Source of the DNA: Gemmatimonadales bacterium
Lineage (GTDB): Bacteria > Gemmatimonadota > Gemmatimonadetes > Gemmatimonadales > GWC2-71-9
DNA: 64,000 nucleotides
Assembly (NCBI GenBank): GCA_039794085.1
Contig: JBDIWC010000006.1
Span: 54,600 to 118,599 of the forward strand
Direction: 5' to 3'
In this document: positions 9,834-19,644 of the stretch, one piece after another
How the letters are laid out: each line of letters starts with the position of its first letter
Numbering within the stretch: the stretch's first letter is position 1
Position numbers and translations under genes: made by a program
The notes under the pieces: model-generated
What the model was told of the DNA's origin: nothing
Database searches by the model: none
Seen by the model: only the letters and a program-made list of their open reading frames with translations

Positions 9834-10300
9834 AGGCGAAGCACGTCTTCGAGGGGCCCGGCATCGCCCCCTTGCAGCAGGACAAGAAGGTCGTCGAGGG
9901 CCCGTCGTTCGCGGGGCCAGCTGAACCGGGCCCGCGCCTCTCCCGGAGCCAGCCAGACATGATCATCGTGCTCCGCCCCGAGAGAGACCTCGCTCCCCGG
10001 GGCCACCATCGCGGCGAAGGCGGGGATGATCGCCACGGCGTTGTCCCGGTGCAGAAAGAACGATTCACACCGGCTCAGGTTGTACCACGCCATCGGCTCG
10101 AGTCCGGTCTCCTCCCGCAGTTCCCTCCGTGCGGTGTCCACCGGGTTCTCCCCCGGCTCCACATGTCCATGCACCGACTCCCAGGCCCCGGGGCATCGGC
10201 CCGTCGGCGCCCGGCGGAGCACGAGGCATTCGAGGTCATCCCCCCCCCTGCCGCGGCGCACGACGTAGACATCCACATACACGATGCGCAGGGAGGTCAC
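9827..10300 (-). CDS. Nudix hydrolase (NudB/dATP pyrophosphohydrolase-like)
   Basis: Nudix box GHVEPGENPVDTARRELREETG; EHDDHVWL; GTG start overlaps hisH stop. Confidence 0.9.
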   Translation of the reverse strand: MTSLRIVYVDVYVVRRGRGGDDLECLVLRRAPTGRCPGAWESVHGHVEPGENPVDTARRELREETGLEPMAWYNLSRCESFFLHRDNAVAIIPAFAAMVAPGSEVSLGAEHDDHVWLAPGEARARFSWPRERRALDDLLVLLQGGDAGPLEDVLRLC

Positions 10301-10917
10301 GGCGCCCACCGTGTGAAGGCGCGCAGCAGCTCCACGCCCGCCTGCTGCGACTTCTCGGGATGGAACTGGGCGCCGAGAACGTTCTCCGATCCGATGATCG
10401 TCGGAAACGGATCCTCGTACTCCGCGACGGCGAGCACGGAGGGTTCCGGAACATCCGCGGGGTGGTAGCTGTGAACGTGGTAGTAGAACTGAGGCCCGTC
10501 CCGCAGCAGAGCCCCGACCACGGGATGGGCACCCGCGGCGGGGGTCCCGGTTACCTCCGCCCACCCGACGTGGGGGACGGGCAGGGTGGTCCGGAATCGG
10601 ATCACTCGGCCCGGCAGCAGGCCCAACCCCGGAAGGCCCGGGGCCTCTTCACTGCTGGCGCAGCAGACCTGGAGGCCCAGACAGATGCCGAGCACGGGGC
10701 GGCCGACTTCGGCGACGGAGCGGATCGCGTCGCCGAGCCCGGTCCGGGTGAGGGTACGCATGGCGGAGTCGAAATGCCCCACTCCGGGCACCACGACGCG
10801 ATCGGCCCGGGCCACGGTCGCGGGGTCACTGGTCAGGGTCCCTTCCGCGCCGGCCGCCTCCAGGGCGCGCACCACGGAGCGGAGGTTGTTCACGCCGTAA
10901 TCCACCACGGCGATCAC
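10297..10917 (-). CDS. hisH: Imidazole glycerol phosphate synthase glutaminase subunit
   Basis: VVDYGVNN, PGVGHF, LGICLGLQ, PHVGW, QFHPEKS. Confidence 0.97.
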   Translation of the reverse strand: MIAVVDYGVNNLRSVVRALEAAGAEGTLTSDPATVARADRVVVPGVGHFDSAMRTLTRTGLGDAIRSVAEVGRPVLGICLGLQVCCASSEEAPGLPGLGLLPGRVIRFRTTLPVPHVGWAEVTGTPAAGAHPVVGALLRDGPQFYYHVHSYHPADVPEPSVLAVAEYEDPFPTIIGSENVLGAQFHPEKSQQAGVELLRAFTRWAP

Positions 10918-11507
10918 AGGACACCCTTCGTGGAGGGAATGCCCACGACACGCGGATCACGACTCGTGGCGTGGTCGAGAGCTCGCGCAAAGGCCTTGAC
11001 GGTCGCTTCCACGATGTGGTGCGGATTGTCCCCTCGGAGCAGATCGAGATGCACCGTGAGACCGGCGTGGGTCACCAGGGCGCGGAAGAACTCGGGCGTG
11101 AGGAACACATCGTAGTCCCCGAGCATCTGCCACTTGGGAATCTCGATCTGGTAGGCCAGGTAGGGCCGACCGGAGACGTCAACGACGGCGCGCACCAGCG
11201 CATCGTCGAGGGGAACGGTGGCTTCGCCGTACCGCCGGATGCCGGCCCGATCTCCCAGCGCCTCGGCGAGAGCCTGTCCGAGGACGATCCCGGTGTCCTC
11301 CACGGTGTGGTGTCCGTCCACGTGGAGGTCACCGGCCCCTTCGACGGTGAGGTCGAAGAGTCCGTGCCGGGCAAACGCCTCGAGCATGTGATCGAAGAAC
11401 CCGATCCCCGTGCCACACGCGCACTGGCCGGTTCCGTCGAGTGCGAGGCGCACGCGCAGGGTGGTCTCCCGGGTGTCCCGGCGCCGATCCCCCACACGCG
11501 CCGTCAT
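10914..11507 (-). CDS. hisB: Imidazoleglycerol-phosphate dehydratase
   Basis: TGIGFFDHML, DGHHTVED, NPHHIVEA, PSTKGVL. Confidence 0.97.
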   Translation of the reverse strand: MTARVGDRRRDTRETTLRVRLALDGTGQCACGTGIGFFDHMLEAFARHGLFDLTVEGAGDLHVDGHHTVEDTGIVLGQALAEALGDRAGIRRYGEATVPLDDALVRAVVDVSGRPYLAYQIEIPKWQMLGDYDVFLTPEFFRALVTHAGLTVHLDLLRGDNPHHIVEATVKAFARALDHATSRDPRVVGIPSTKGVL

Positions 11508-12601
11508 GGGAGGATGACCCGGAGGGCCGCACAGGTTCGTTCCATGTCCTCCTCCGTTCCGATCGTGATCCGAAGACACTCCGCAAGACCCTCGCCCTGG
11601 CTCACATCGCGCACCAGGATTCCGAACTCCGCCAGGAGGCGGGCGAACACCGTCGCGGCCGGTACCCGGTCACACCGAATCAACAGAAAGTTGGCTTCTC
11701 CCGGGTAGACGTGCAGCCCGGGAAGGCGGCGGAGCTCGTCCCGAATACGCTCCCGGCGTTCCACGAGTTCCGCCACCCGGGCGTGGATGGTGGTCTGGTG
11801 ATCCAGAAGAGTCAGCGCCACATCCAGGGTGAACCGGTTGACGTTGTAGGGGAGCTTCGCCTTGTGCATCTCGGAGGCCAGCGCGGGATGGGCCAGGGCG
11901 TATCCGAACCGGAGTCCGGCCAGACCGAACGCCTTGCTGAATGTTCGCACGACCACCACCCGGGCCGACTCCCGGAGCAGGGGGACCATGGTGTCGCCCC
12001 CAAACTCCTGATAGGCCTCGTCGACGAGGATGAGGGCCTCGGTCTCGGCCAGGAGGCGTTCCACCAGGGGGCGCGGGCAGATCGTGCCGGTGGGGTTGTT
12101 GGGCGTGCAGACCACCACCACCCGCGCGTCGTGCGCCGCCCGGAGCAGCGGTGCCGCTTCCCAGGCAAACTCCGCTCCCAGGGACACCCCGTGCCACCGG
12201 GCCCCGGCCACCCCGGCCAGCAGCCGGTACAGGCTGAAAGTGGGGCTCGGGGTCACGACCCGATCACCGGACCGGAGGGTGACCGCGAAGGTGGCCTGGA
12301 TCAGCTCGTTCGAGCCATTCCCCACCAGCACCCCCTCGGGAACCCACTCGTGCCTCTCGGCCAGGCGGGCCGTCAACTCGGCGGGGACGAACGCGGGATA
12401 CCGGTTCCAGGGGGCGGACACAATCCGGTCGGCCAGGGTGCGCTTCCACGGGTCCGGCAGGTCAAAGGGGCTCTCGTTCTGATTCAGCTTGATGGGCGCG
12501 TCGGGTGCGTTCAGCGTGTAGCCCTGGAGACTCCGCACCTCGGGCGTGACCAGCGCGAGGACAGCATCGGCTCCGGGGAGCCGGGACGGAGGGGAGGTCA
12601 T
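11504..12601 (-). CDS. hisC: Histidinol-phosphate aminotransferase
   Basis: KLNQNESP, GNGSNELI, PNNPTG, DEAYQEF, RTFSKAFGLAGLRFGY. Confidence 0.95.
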   Translation of the reverse strand: MTSPPSRLPGADAVLALVTPEVRSLQGYTLNAPDAPIKLNQNESPFDLPDPWKRTLADRIVSAPWNRYPAFVPAELTARLAERHEWVPEGVLVGNGSNELIQATFAVTLRSGDRVVTPSPTFSLYRLLAGVAGARWHGVSLGAEFAWEAAPLLRAAHDARVVVVCTPNNPTGTICPRPLVERLLAETEALILVDEAYQEFGGDTMVPLLRESARVVVVRTFSKAFGLAGLRFGYALAHPALASEMHKAKLPYNVNRFTLDVALTLLDHQTTIHARVAELVERRERIRDELRRLPGLHVYPGEANFLLIRCDRVPAATVFARLLAEFGILVRDVSQGEGLAECLRITIGTEEDMERTCAALRVILP

Positions 12602-12602
12602 G

Positions 12603-14852
12603 TCACGCGGGGCGACGGCCATCGAGCAGCGCGTCGATCCGCGCCGCCAGGGCCCGGGCCCGGAACGGCTTGGTGAGGAAGTCCGCCGCCCCGAGTTCCA
12701 GGACCCGGACCTCGTTGTCCTCGTCACCCTTGGCCGTCAGAACAACCACCGGCACCCCCCGCATGGCGGGACGGGAACGGATCTGGGCCAGCACCTCGTA
12801 GCCGTCGATCCCCGGCAGGTTCAGGTCGAGGATGATCACATCGGGGGCGTGCCGGTCGACCATGTCGAGCGCCTCGACGCCGTCCGCCGCTTCCAGAACC
12901 TGATAGCCCGCCCGCTCCATCAGATCCCGCATCGCCCGCCGGAGGTGTTCTTCGTCATCCACCAGGAGCAACCGGGCCTTGGTGCTTTTCGACGAGCCGT
13001 CTCCGGGTTCCGACGCCATCTCATCCACCAGGTCGAAATCAGGGAGGACGGCCTCGGAATCCTGGCGCACCCCCGGGAAGGTCGGAGCTCCGCCGGGCGG
13101 CGGAGGGGCGACGGAGGCCACGGGCGGTTCGGGAGCGGCCTGGGGAACCGGCACCGAGGCGAAGGCCTTGCGGGGAGGGTCGGTGACCCGCATCACTTCG
13201 TCGATCGAGGTCAGGCCCAGCAGGGCCCGGTCGATGGCGCTCTCGAACAGGGACCGCATGCCGTTCACCCGGGCGGCCTGCGCGATGGTGTCGGCGGTGG
13301 CCCCACTCCCGATGAGCCGTTCCAGTTCGGGACTCATGGTGAGAATTTCCACCACCCCGAGCCGGCCTCGATACCCGGTCTGGGTGCACTCGGGACAGCC
13401 CACCGCCCGATAGAGTGTGGCCCCGTCGGGGATCCATTCCGCCACCCGTGCCGGCGGGGGATCGGTGGTCACCTCACGACACACCGGACAGAGTCGCCGC
13501 ACCAGGCGCTGAGCCACCACGCCGCGAAGGGCGGAGGCGATCTTGTACCCCTCCATCCCCATGTCGGTGAGACGGGTGACACTGTTGGGGGCGTCGTTCG
13601 TGTGCAGGGTGGACAGGACCAGGTGGCCGGTGAGCGACGCCTGAATCGCGATTTGCGCGGTCTCGCCGTCCCGGATCTCGCCCACGAGCACCACGTCCGG
13701 ATCCTGGCGGAGAATGGATCGCAGGGCCGTGGCGAAGGTCAATCCGGCGCGCTCGTTGGTCTGCACCTGCACGATGTTCGCGCCGAGCCGGTACTCGACC
13801 GGGTCCTCGACGGTGACGATGTTGACACCCTCACTCTGAATGGCCCGCAGGGTGGCGTACAGCGTGGTGGTCTTCCCCGATCCCGTGGGACCGGTCACCA
13901 GAATGATCCCTTCCTTGTTCCGGAGGAGCCCCTCCAGCGCCTCCCGCTCCGAGGCCATGAGGCCCAGGGCATCGAGGCTCAGAACCGTCGACTTCGTATT
14001 GAGGACCCGGATGACGATCTTCTCCCCGTGCGTCGCCGGGAGCGTGGAGACCCGCAGGTCCACCTGGTCCTTGTTGACGAGCATCCGGGTCCGGCCGTCC
14101 TGAGGCCGAAGACGGTCGGAGATGTCCATCCCCGAGACGATCTTGATCCTCGACACCAGCGGAATCCCCGCGGACCGGGGGATTCTCATGACCTGCCGCA
14201 GCACACCGTCGATCCGGTAACGCACCACCAGACCGCCCTCGACGGGCTCGATGTGGATGTCACTCGCCCGGCTGGCGATCCCGTCCGCCAGGAGGGTGTC
14301 CACCAGCTTGATGATCGGACGCTTGGCCGCCTCCGCCGCGGCGAAGGAGACCTCATCCTCGGTCGTCTCCGTGATCTGAGACACCTCGGCTTCGTCGACC
14401 ATCCCGCCGAGCAGCTTGGCCACGACGTCTTCGGGCCGGTACACCTCGTCGAGCTGTTCCCGGATCTTCGCGGGAGAGGCCAGAAGCATCCGGACTTCGA
14501 GACCGGTGGCAAACGACAGCATCTTGTCGGCGTCCATATCGAACGGATTCGAGGTCGCCACTTCGATGAAGGAGTCGGTGATCCGGAGGGGAAGCGCCTG
14601 GTACCGGCGGGCCAGGTTCTCGGGGACCGATTGCACCGCGGCCCGATCCGCCTCGCGCACGTTGGCGAGCTGCAGCCGGAACCGGGCAGCCACCGCCTCC
14701 AGAATCTGGTCGTCGGTCAGCCGGCGACGCTGCGTGACCGTCTCCCACACCGAGTCGGGGCGCTCCTGATCCATGCGCAGCCGATCCACTTCCCCCGGCT
14801 CCAGCAAGGGAGCCAGGGTGGGAACCAGCCACTCGTCCTGAAATTCAGCCAT
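12603..14852 (-). CDS. GspE/PilB-family assembly ATPase with C-terminal receiver (REC) domain
   Basis: ASDIHIEP, GPTGSGKTT, TVEDPVE, LRQDPD..GEIRD, TGHLVLSTLHTN, CxxC..CxxC; REC motifs VDDE, D, T, KPF. Confidence 0.93.
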   Translation of the reverse strand: MAEFQDEWLVPTLAPLLEPGEVDRLRMDQERPDSVWETVTQRRRLTDDQILEAVAARFRLQLANVREADRAAVQSVPENLARRYQALPLRITDSFIEVATSNPFDMDADKMLSFATGLEVRMLLASPAKIREQLDEVYRPEDVVAKLLGGMVDEAEVSQITETTEDEVSFAAAEAAKRPIIKLVDTLLADGIASRASDIHIEPVEGGLVVRYRIDGVLRQVMRIPRSAGIPLVSRIKIVSGMDISDRLRPQDGRTRMLVNKDQVDLRVSTLPATHGEKIVIRVLNTKSTVLSLDALGLMASEREALEGLLRNKEGIILVTGPTGSGKTTTLYATLRAIQSEGVNIVTVEDPVEYRLGANIVQVQTNERAGLTFATALRSILRQDPDVVLVGEIRDGETAQIAIQASLTGHLVLSTLHTNDAPNSVTRLTDMGMEGYKIASALRGVVAQRLVRRLCPVCREVTTDPPPARVAEWIPDGATLYRAVGCPECTQTGYRGRLGVVEILTMSPELERLIGSGATADTIAQAARVNGMRSLFESAIDRALLGLTSIDEVMRVTDPPRKAFASVPVPQAAPEPPVASVAPPPPGGAPTFPGVRQDSEAVLPDFDLVDEMASEPGDGSSKSTKARLLLVDDEEHLRRAMRDLMERAGYQVLEAADGVEALDMVDRHAPDVIILDLNLPGIDGYEVLAQIRSRPAMRGVPVVVLTAKGDEDNEVRVLELGAADFLTKPFRARALAARIDALLDGRRPA

Positions 14853-14965
14853 CCGCAGCGTTGCTCCCTTTGCGCTGGTAGAACACCAACAAAGATACCC
14901 TCACACCCGATGGATTGAGCACCGGTGGGACGGCCCTGACCTGGATATTCCCGTGTGAGGATCCT

Positions 14966-16960
14966 TCACAACACCGGCCAGAGTGCTCGATCAAGGTCCA
15001 CGCTGGCACCCAATCGCCCCGCCCGAACCGCCCACCCCATCCTCACACTGAGCAAGTCTCCGACCAGACCGAATGATAACCCGACGACGGGACGGACGCC
15101 GTCGCTGGCACCCCACGGCACACCGTTCAGCTCCCCCCCGGCCCACCCGGCCGCCGCAAAGGGCGAGATCCGGATCGCGGGAGAATAACTCCCGTGCACC
15201 AGGGGAAGGGGAGGCCCCGGGATGTGGAGGTCGTACCGAAATTCGACCAACGCCGTGCGACGCCCCCCAAAGCGCCGGAACCCCTCTCCTTCCAACGTCC
15301 CCCACCCCCCGAGGACCAGACTCCGTGCCACCGGTAGATCCCGGCTCCCCCACCCGGCCCGGCCCGCCAGGAAAACCGGCCCCCGATGCACATCGAGTTC
15401 AATCCGGATCCTGAGGTAGTCGTGGGATCCCGCACCTGCTTCTCCCTCCAGGCGCCAGGTTGCCGGTCGGAGATCCCCACCGCTCCAGGCGGTTCGGACC
15501 ACCCCAACCGTTCCCGACCCGAGAGGGGGATTGGCGCGAAACCGTCCAACCAGGGGACCCGCCACCGTTGTCAGCGACGTCCTGTTCTCCATGCTGAGAC
15601 CCACCTGTCCCCCGAGAGAGCGACCCGGCTTCCAGTTCAGGAGAATCCCGGCCGATCGTTCCCGGACCCAGTCACCAAGATCCAGGCCCCCCTGAGCGAC
15701 CAGTGACCGGGTGAGCCCGCTCACCACGGCACGATCCTCCAGATCGCGCACTTCCCGGGCCCCCCAGATCGTGATCTCTGCCGTCCCGCCGCCCAGCTCC
15801 GCCGCCACGCGAGCCTGGAGGCCGCCACCCTCCAGGCCCACTCGCAGGTGCCCCCGGGCCGTCGCGCCCGAACCCAGTCTCCATTCCCCTCCTCCCCCCA
15901 ACGCCACTCCTTCGACCCGGGTGAACCGGATGAGATCACTCACGCCCCCGAGCGCCGGGCGGACTCGCCGGACGGTGCCCTCCAACTCCCGATCGGCCAG
16001 GTGGCCGGCCTCCCGATGCACGGCCCTCAACTCCCGGAGATCGAGCGGATCCAGGGCGCCGAGCGCCTCTTCCAGGGACCTGTCCCATACGGCGGTCCGG
16101 TCGGGGCGACGCAGTCCGCCAATGGCCGGGCCCTCGCGGAAACCCGGCGGCTCGGACGCATCGAGCACCACGTCTTCCATCTGCCACGCGGTGCGAATGG
16201 CGGTACGGATCGGGAGAGCAATCCCGGGAGGTCGCCGCCGGACCTCGAGTTCCTGGCGCCAGGGAAGCCACCGATCGTCCACCCGGGCATTTTCCAGAAG
16301 GATCGTGATCGCTTCGACCGTCGGGTCCCGGTACGACGCCGGGGTGAAGGTGAAGCGGAACCGGACCAGGGCGGCGCGCCCCCGTTCGAGGAAGAGGGTC
16401 CCGATGACACCCGGGGCGCCGGCGTCCCGTGGCCGGACATGCACGGCAATCAGAACGAGGGTATCGATGGTGGTGACGACGCGCACCGTGTCCCCCCCCG
16501 CATACTCATAGAAGTGCGGGGCCCGGGCCCCGAGCGGGTGGGGAACGTCGCGGACCTCCTCCCCGTCGCCGAGCCGGATCGCCTCGCCGAACTCGTCGAG
16601 AATGAGGGCAAGATGGTCCCGGTGATAGGCAATTCCGGTCGGGAAGGCCACGGTGTCGCGCCAGGCCACGATCCGCTGCTTGCTCTTCCCCGGCGACCGC
16701 CAATACACTTCGACCCGGAGTTCGTCGAGCTGGGAGACCCGCGGAGTGGCATCCCCCCGGGGACCCAGTTCCCGCAGGAGGGTGACCCCGCCGTGAGCCC
16801 GGCCGAACCAGGGACGGGCCCCGGCACTGTCGATTTCCGCTCGGTGGGCCACCGCGCGAGACACCAGAAGGCGAACCGCCGGGGTGCCCCACTCCTGGGC
16901 TTGCCCCGTTCGGGCCACGAGGCCCAGGAAACACCAGACCATCCACCTGGACATCACCAT
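14966..16960 (-). CDS. Hypothetical exported/outer-membrane beta-rich protein
   Basis: Signal peptide ending GQA-Q; C-terminal amphipathic beta-strand character; start 16960 or 16954. Confidence 0.7.
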   Translation of the reverse strand: MVMSRWMVWCFLGLVARTGQAQEWGTPAVRLLVSRAVAHRAEIDSAGARPWFGRAHGGVTLLRELGPRGDATPRVSQLDELRVEVYWRSPGKSKQRIVAWRDTVAFPTGIAYHRDHLALILDEFGEAIRLGDGEEVRDVPHPLGARAPHFYEYAGGDTVRVVTTIDTLVLIAVHVRPRDAGAPGVIGTLFLERGRAALVRFRFTFTPASYRDPTVEAITILLENARVDDRWLPWRQELEVRRRPPGIALPIRTAIRTAWQMEDVVLDASEPPGFREGPAIGGLRRPDRTAVWDRSLEEALGALDPLDLRELRAVHREAGHLADRELEGTVRRVRPALGGVSDLIRFTRVEGVALGGGGEWRLGSGATARGHLRVGLEGGGLQARVAAELGGGTAEITIWGAREVRDLEDRAVVSGLTRSLVAQGGLDLGDWVRERSAGILLNWKPGRSLGGQVGLSMENRTSLTTVAGPLVGRFRANPPLGSGTVGVVRTAWSGGDLRPATWRLEGEAGAGSHDYLRIRIELDVHRGPVFLAGRAGWGSRDLPVARSLVLGGWGTLEGEGFRRFGGRRTALVEFRYDLHIPGPPLPLVHGSYSPAIRISPFAAAGWAGGELNGVPWGASDGVRPVVGLSFGLVGDLLSVRMGWAVRAGRLGASVDLDRALWPVL

Positions 16961-17528
16961 GGCAATATTCCGGTGGCGAACCTTCTGGACAAGCGCGATC
17001 CTGGCTGCGGCCTGCGGCCGCGGGGGAGCGGGCCTGACCCCCGACCCGGTGCTCTCTCTCCCCGCCGACCGTCTCTACGTCCTCGAATCGATCGGAGCGC
17101 CCGCCGACGATACGACATTCGAGCTGGCCCCCGGGCAGGACCGCCGGGTGCTGATCCGCCATGGGGCGCCTGACAACACGCCGTTCGCCATCCTCGACAT
17201 TCCCGCATCCGCTCTCGACCACGGTCCCGTCACCCTGGTGTTTCGCCCCCTGCCCGGGCTCACCGGAGCGGAGATACTGATGACCCGGGGGACCCTCGCC
17301 GATTCGTCGGCGACGATCACCTTTGCCTACCCGCAGCACTTCCTCGCCCCCGCGGGAGCTGTGGACCAGTACGGGAGTCTCCTGGCCTACGAGCGGGCCT
17401 TGCGCATCGGTCACTCGGCTCCGGGCACGGGCCCGGTCAACCTCCTTCCCTCGACGCGTCCCGGATCCGACCTTCTGCGGGCACCCCTGCCCGGTCCGGG
17501 ACGCTACGTGGTGGCGGCGCCCCGATGA
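16959..17528 (+). CDS. Hypothetical lipoprotein
   Basis: ATG 16959, lipobox LAAAC; stop overlaps next start (ATGA). Confidence 0.7.
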   Translation: MAIFRWRTFWTSAILAAACGRGGAGLTPDPVLSLPADRLYVLESIGAPADDTTFELAPGQDRRVLIRHGAPDNTPFAILDIPASALDHGPVTLVFRPLPGLTGAEILMTRGTLADSSATITFAYPQHFLAPAGAVDQYGSLLAYERALRIGHSAPGTGPVNLLPSTRPGSDLLRAPLPGPGRYVVAAPR

Positions 17529-19090
17529 CGGGGCCGGATACGCCCGGGGGGTTTCTCCTCGAAGGGGTCACGTCGCCCGTGCGCTGCGTCCTCGGGCCCG
17601 GCGAGTCCGGGTCCGTGGGCCGGTCACTCACCTGCGATTTCGTGATCGATGATCCCACCGTCTCCCGTCACCACGCCCAGCTTCAGGTCGAGGGGGAGGG
17701 AGACGCGCTGCTCGTCACCGACCTGGAGAGCGCCAATGGATTGGAGCACAACGGCGTCAGCGTGACCCGTGCCCGCTGCCGGGACGGGGATCGCCTGACC
17801 GTGGGACGCGTCTCCCTCCGGGTCCGCCAGCTCCCGGCCGTGTCCCCGCCCGCACGGGAGCTGGAAAGCCTCGACCTTCCCGATACCCTGGTGCGGGAGA
17901 TTCCGGGGGACCTGACCGAACAGGCCCTGCTGGACCGTTTGCTGGACATCACACGGCGGCTGTCGGGAAAGGGGGACCAGGAGGGACTCCTGGACGATGT
18001 GCTCCACCTGGCGTTCGAGGCGACCGGGGTGGACCGGGCCGTCATTCTCCTGGGCCCCAGCGTGGACACCCTCGTCCCGGCCCGGGCCCGGATCCGGCAG
18101 GGGCCCATTCCCGGTTTTCACCCTCCCCGCGCCATCCTGCACCGGGCGTTGGCGGCCCGGAGCGCCCTCGTCGTGGACCGGATCGAGGGAGTGCCGGGAC
18201 TGGCGAGCCCGTCGGTGGCGCTCCAACGGGTCCACGCCGCCGTCTGCTGCCCCCTCCGCACCGAGGACGACACCGTGCTGGGGGTGCTGTACGCCGACCA
18301 GGGATCGACCGCCGGTATCACCCCCTCCGAGGCGAGGGCGCTCTTTGCTCTGGGCGGCATCGCGGCCGTCACCCTGGCCCGGCTCCGCTACGCCACGCTT
18401 CACCGCGAGGAGCAGATCCGCGGCGCACAGTTGGCACGGTTCTTCGCCCCGGCGGTGGCCCGGGCCATCACCGAGAGCCCCGATCAGACCTTGGGCATGC
18501 AATGCGCCGTCACAGTGCTCTTCACAGACATCCGCGGGTTCTCGGCGATCGCGGCCACGCACCCTCCCGAGCGAATCGCCCGGGTTCTCACGGAATATTA
18601 CACCGACATGACCGACATCATCTTCGCGGAGGATGGAACACTGGATCGTTTTCTGGGAGACGGGGTCCTCGCGGTCTGGGGAGCGCCGATCCCCCGGGAG
18701 GATGCCTCGGCCCGTGCGCTGGCGGCGGCCACGGCCATGTTCCGGGCCCTCCCCGGGCTCAACGCCCGGTGGCGGGACCGCGGCGATCCGGAGCTGCGTC
18801 TCGGAGCCGGTCTCGCCCGGGGGCGTGTCTTCGCCGGCACCCTGGGCGGACCACGACGCCTGGACTACACCGTCATCGGGGAGGCGGTCAACCTGGCGAG
18901 CCGCCTCGCCACCGCGGCGGGCCCGGGCCAGATCCTGCTGGAGGCCACCGTGGCCGGGGACCTCCCCGCCGGCAGCCCCCTTCTCGGTGGCGTCACCCGG
19001 GAATCCGTGGTGATCCGGGGCCGGGATGACCCGGTGGCAGTCTATCGTGTTATTCCCGCCGATTCGGAGTCGGAGGAGGGCGGAAAGTAG
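17525..19090 (+). CDS. FHA-GAF-class III adenylate/guanylate cyclase
   Basis: FHA GR..VSRHHA..SANG; GAF; cyclase VLFTDIRGFS, DRFLGDG, YTVIGEAVNLASRL. Confidence 0.92.
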   Translation: MTGPDTPGGFLLEGVTSPVRCVLGPGESGSVGRSLTCDFVIDDPTVSRHHAQLQVEGEGDALLVTDLESANGLEHNGVSVTRARCRDGDRLTVGRVSLRVRQLPAVSPPARELESLDLPDTLVREIPGDLTEQALLDRLLDITRRLSGKGDQEGLLDDVLHLAFEATGVDRAVILLGPSVDTLVPARARIRQGPIPGFHPPRAILHRALAARSALVVDRIEGVPGLASPSVALQRVHAAVCCPLRTEDDTVLGVLYADQGSTAGITPSEARALFALGGIAAVTLARLRYATLHREEQIRGAQLARFFAPAVARAITESPDQTLGMQCAVTVLFTDIRGFSAIAATHPPERIARVLTEYYTDMTDIIFAEDGTLDRFLGDGVLAVWGAPIPREDASARALAAATAMFRALPGLNARWRDRGDPELRLGAGLARGRVFAGTLGGPRRLDYTVIGEAVNLASRLATAAGPGQILLEATVAGDLPAGSPLLGGVTRESVVIRGRDDPVAVYRVIPADSESEEGGK

Positions 19091-19644
19091 GGGCATCCCG
19101 CTTCCCCCAGGAGGTCGATCACCAGGCGCAGCGGGAGTCCCATCACGCTGAAGAAGTCCCCTTCGATCCCCTCCACCAGCCCGGCCCCGTACCCCTGGAT
19201 CCCGTAGGCCCCCGCCTTGTCCATCGGCTCCCCGGTGCCGACGTAGGCGTCGATCCACGCATCCGACACCGTCCGAAAGGTCACCGTCGTGCGATCCATG
19301 GCCTCGCGCAGGGTTCCCCCGGCCTGCAGGGCCACGGCGGTGATCACCTCGTGGCGCCGGCCCCGGAGCCGCCGCAGCATCGCCACCGCCTCCGCGGCGT
19401 CGGCCGGCTTCTCCAGGACCTCTCCGTCGAGCACCACGATGGTATCGGCGCTGAGAACCAGATGCCCCGGCACGGCACGGGCCTTCTCGCGCGCGAGACG
19501 CCGGGCATACGCCTCCGGTTCCTCGCGGGGGAGGCGCCGTTCCAGCACGTCCGGCGACTGGGCCAGCACCGGAATACCCAGCATCGCCAGCAGGTCCCGG
19601 CGTCGGGGGGAACTGGAGGCCAGAACCAGCACGGGGGAGTTCAT
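19042..19644 (-). CDS. maf: Maf nucleoside triphosphate pyrophosphatase
   Basis: LASSSPRR, ADTIV, DKAGAYGIQG, VMGLP. Confidence 0.95.
   Translation of the reverse strand: MNSPVLVLASSSPRRRDLLAMLGIPVLAQSPDVLERRLPREEPEAYARRLAREKARAVPGHLVLSADTIVVLDGEVLEKPADAAEAVAMLRRLRGRRHEVITAVALQAGGTLREAMDRTTVTFRTVSDAWIDAYVGTGEPMDKAGAYGIQGYGAGLVEGIEGDFFSVMGLPLRLVIDLLGEAGCPYFPPSSDSESAGITR

Noticed and set aside
12546..14918. 790-aa plus-strand ORF
   Set aside because: Shadow of the motif-rich GspE-REC gene.
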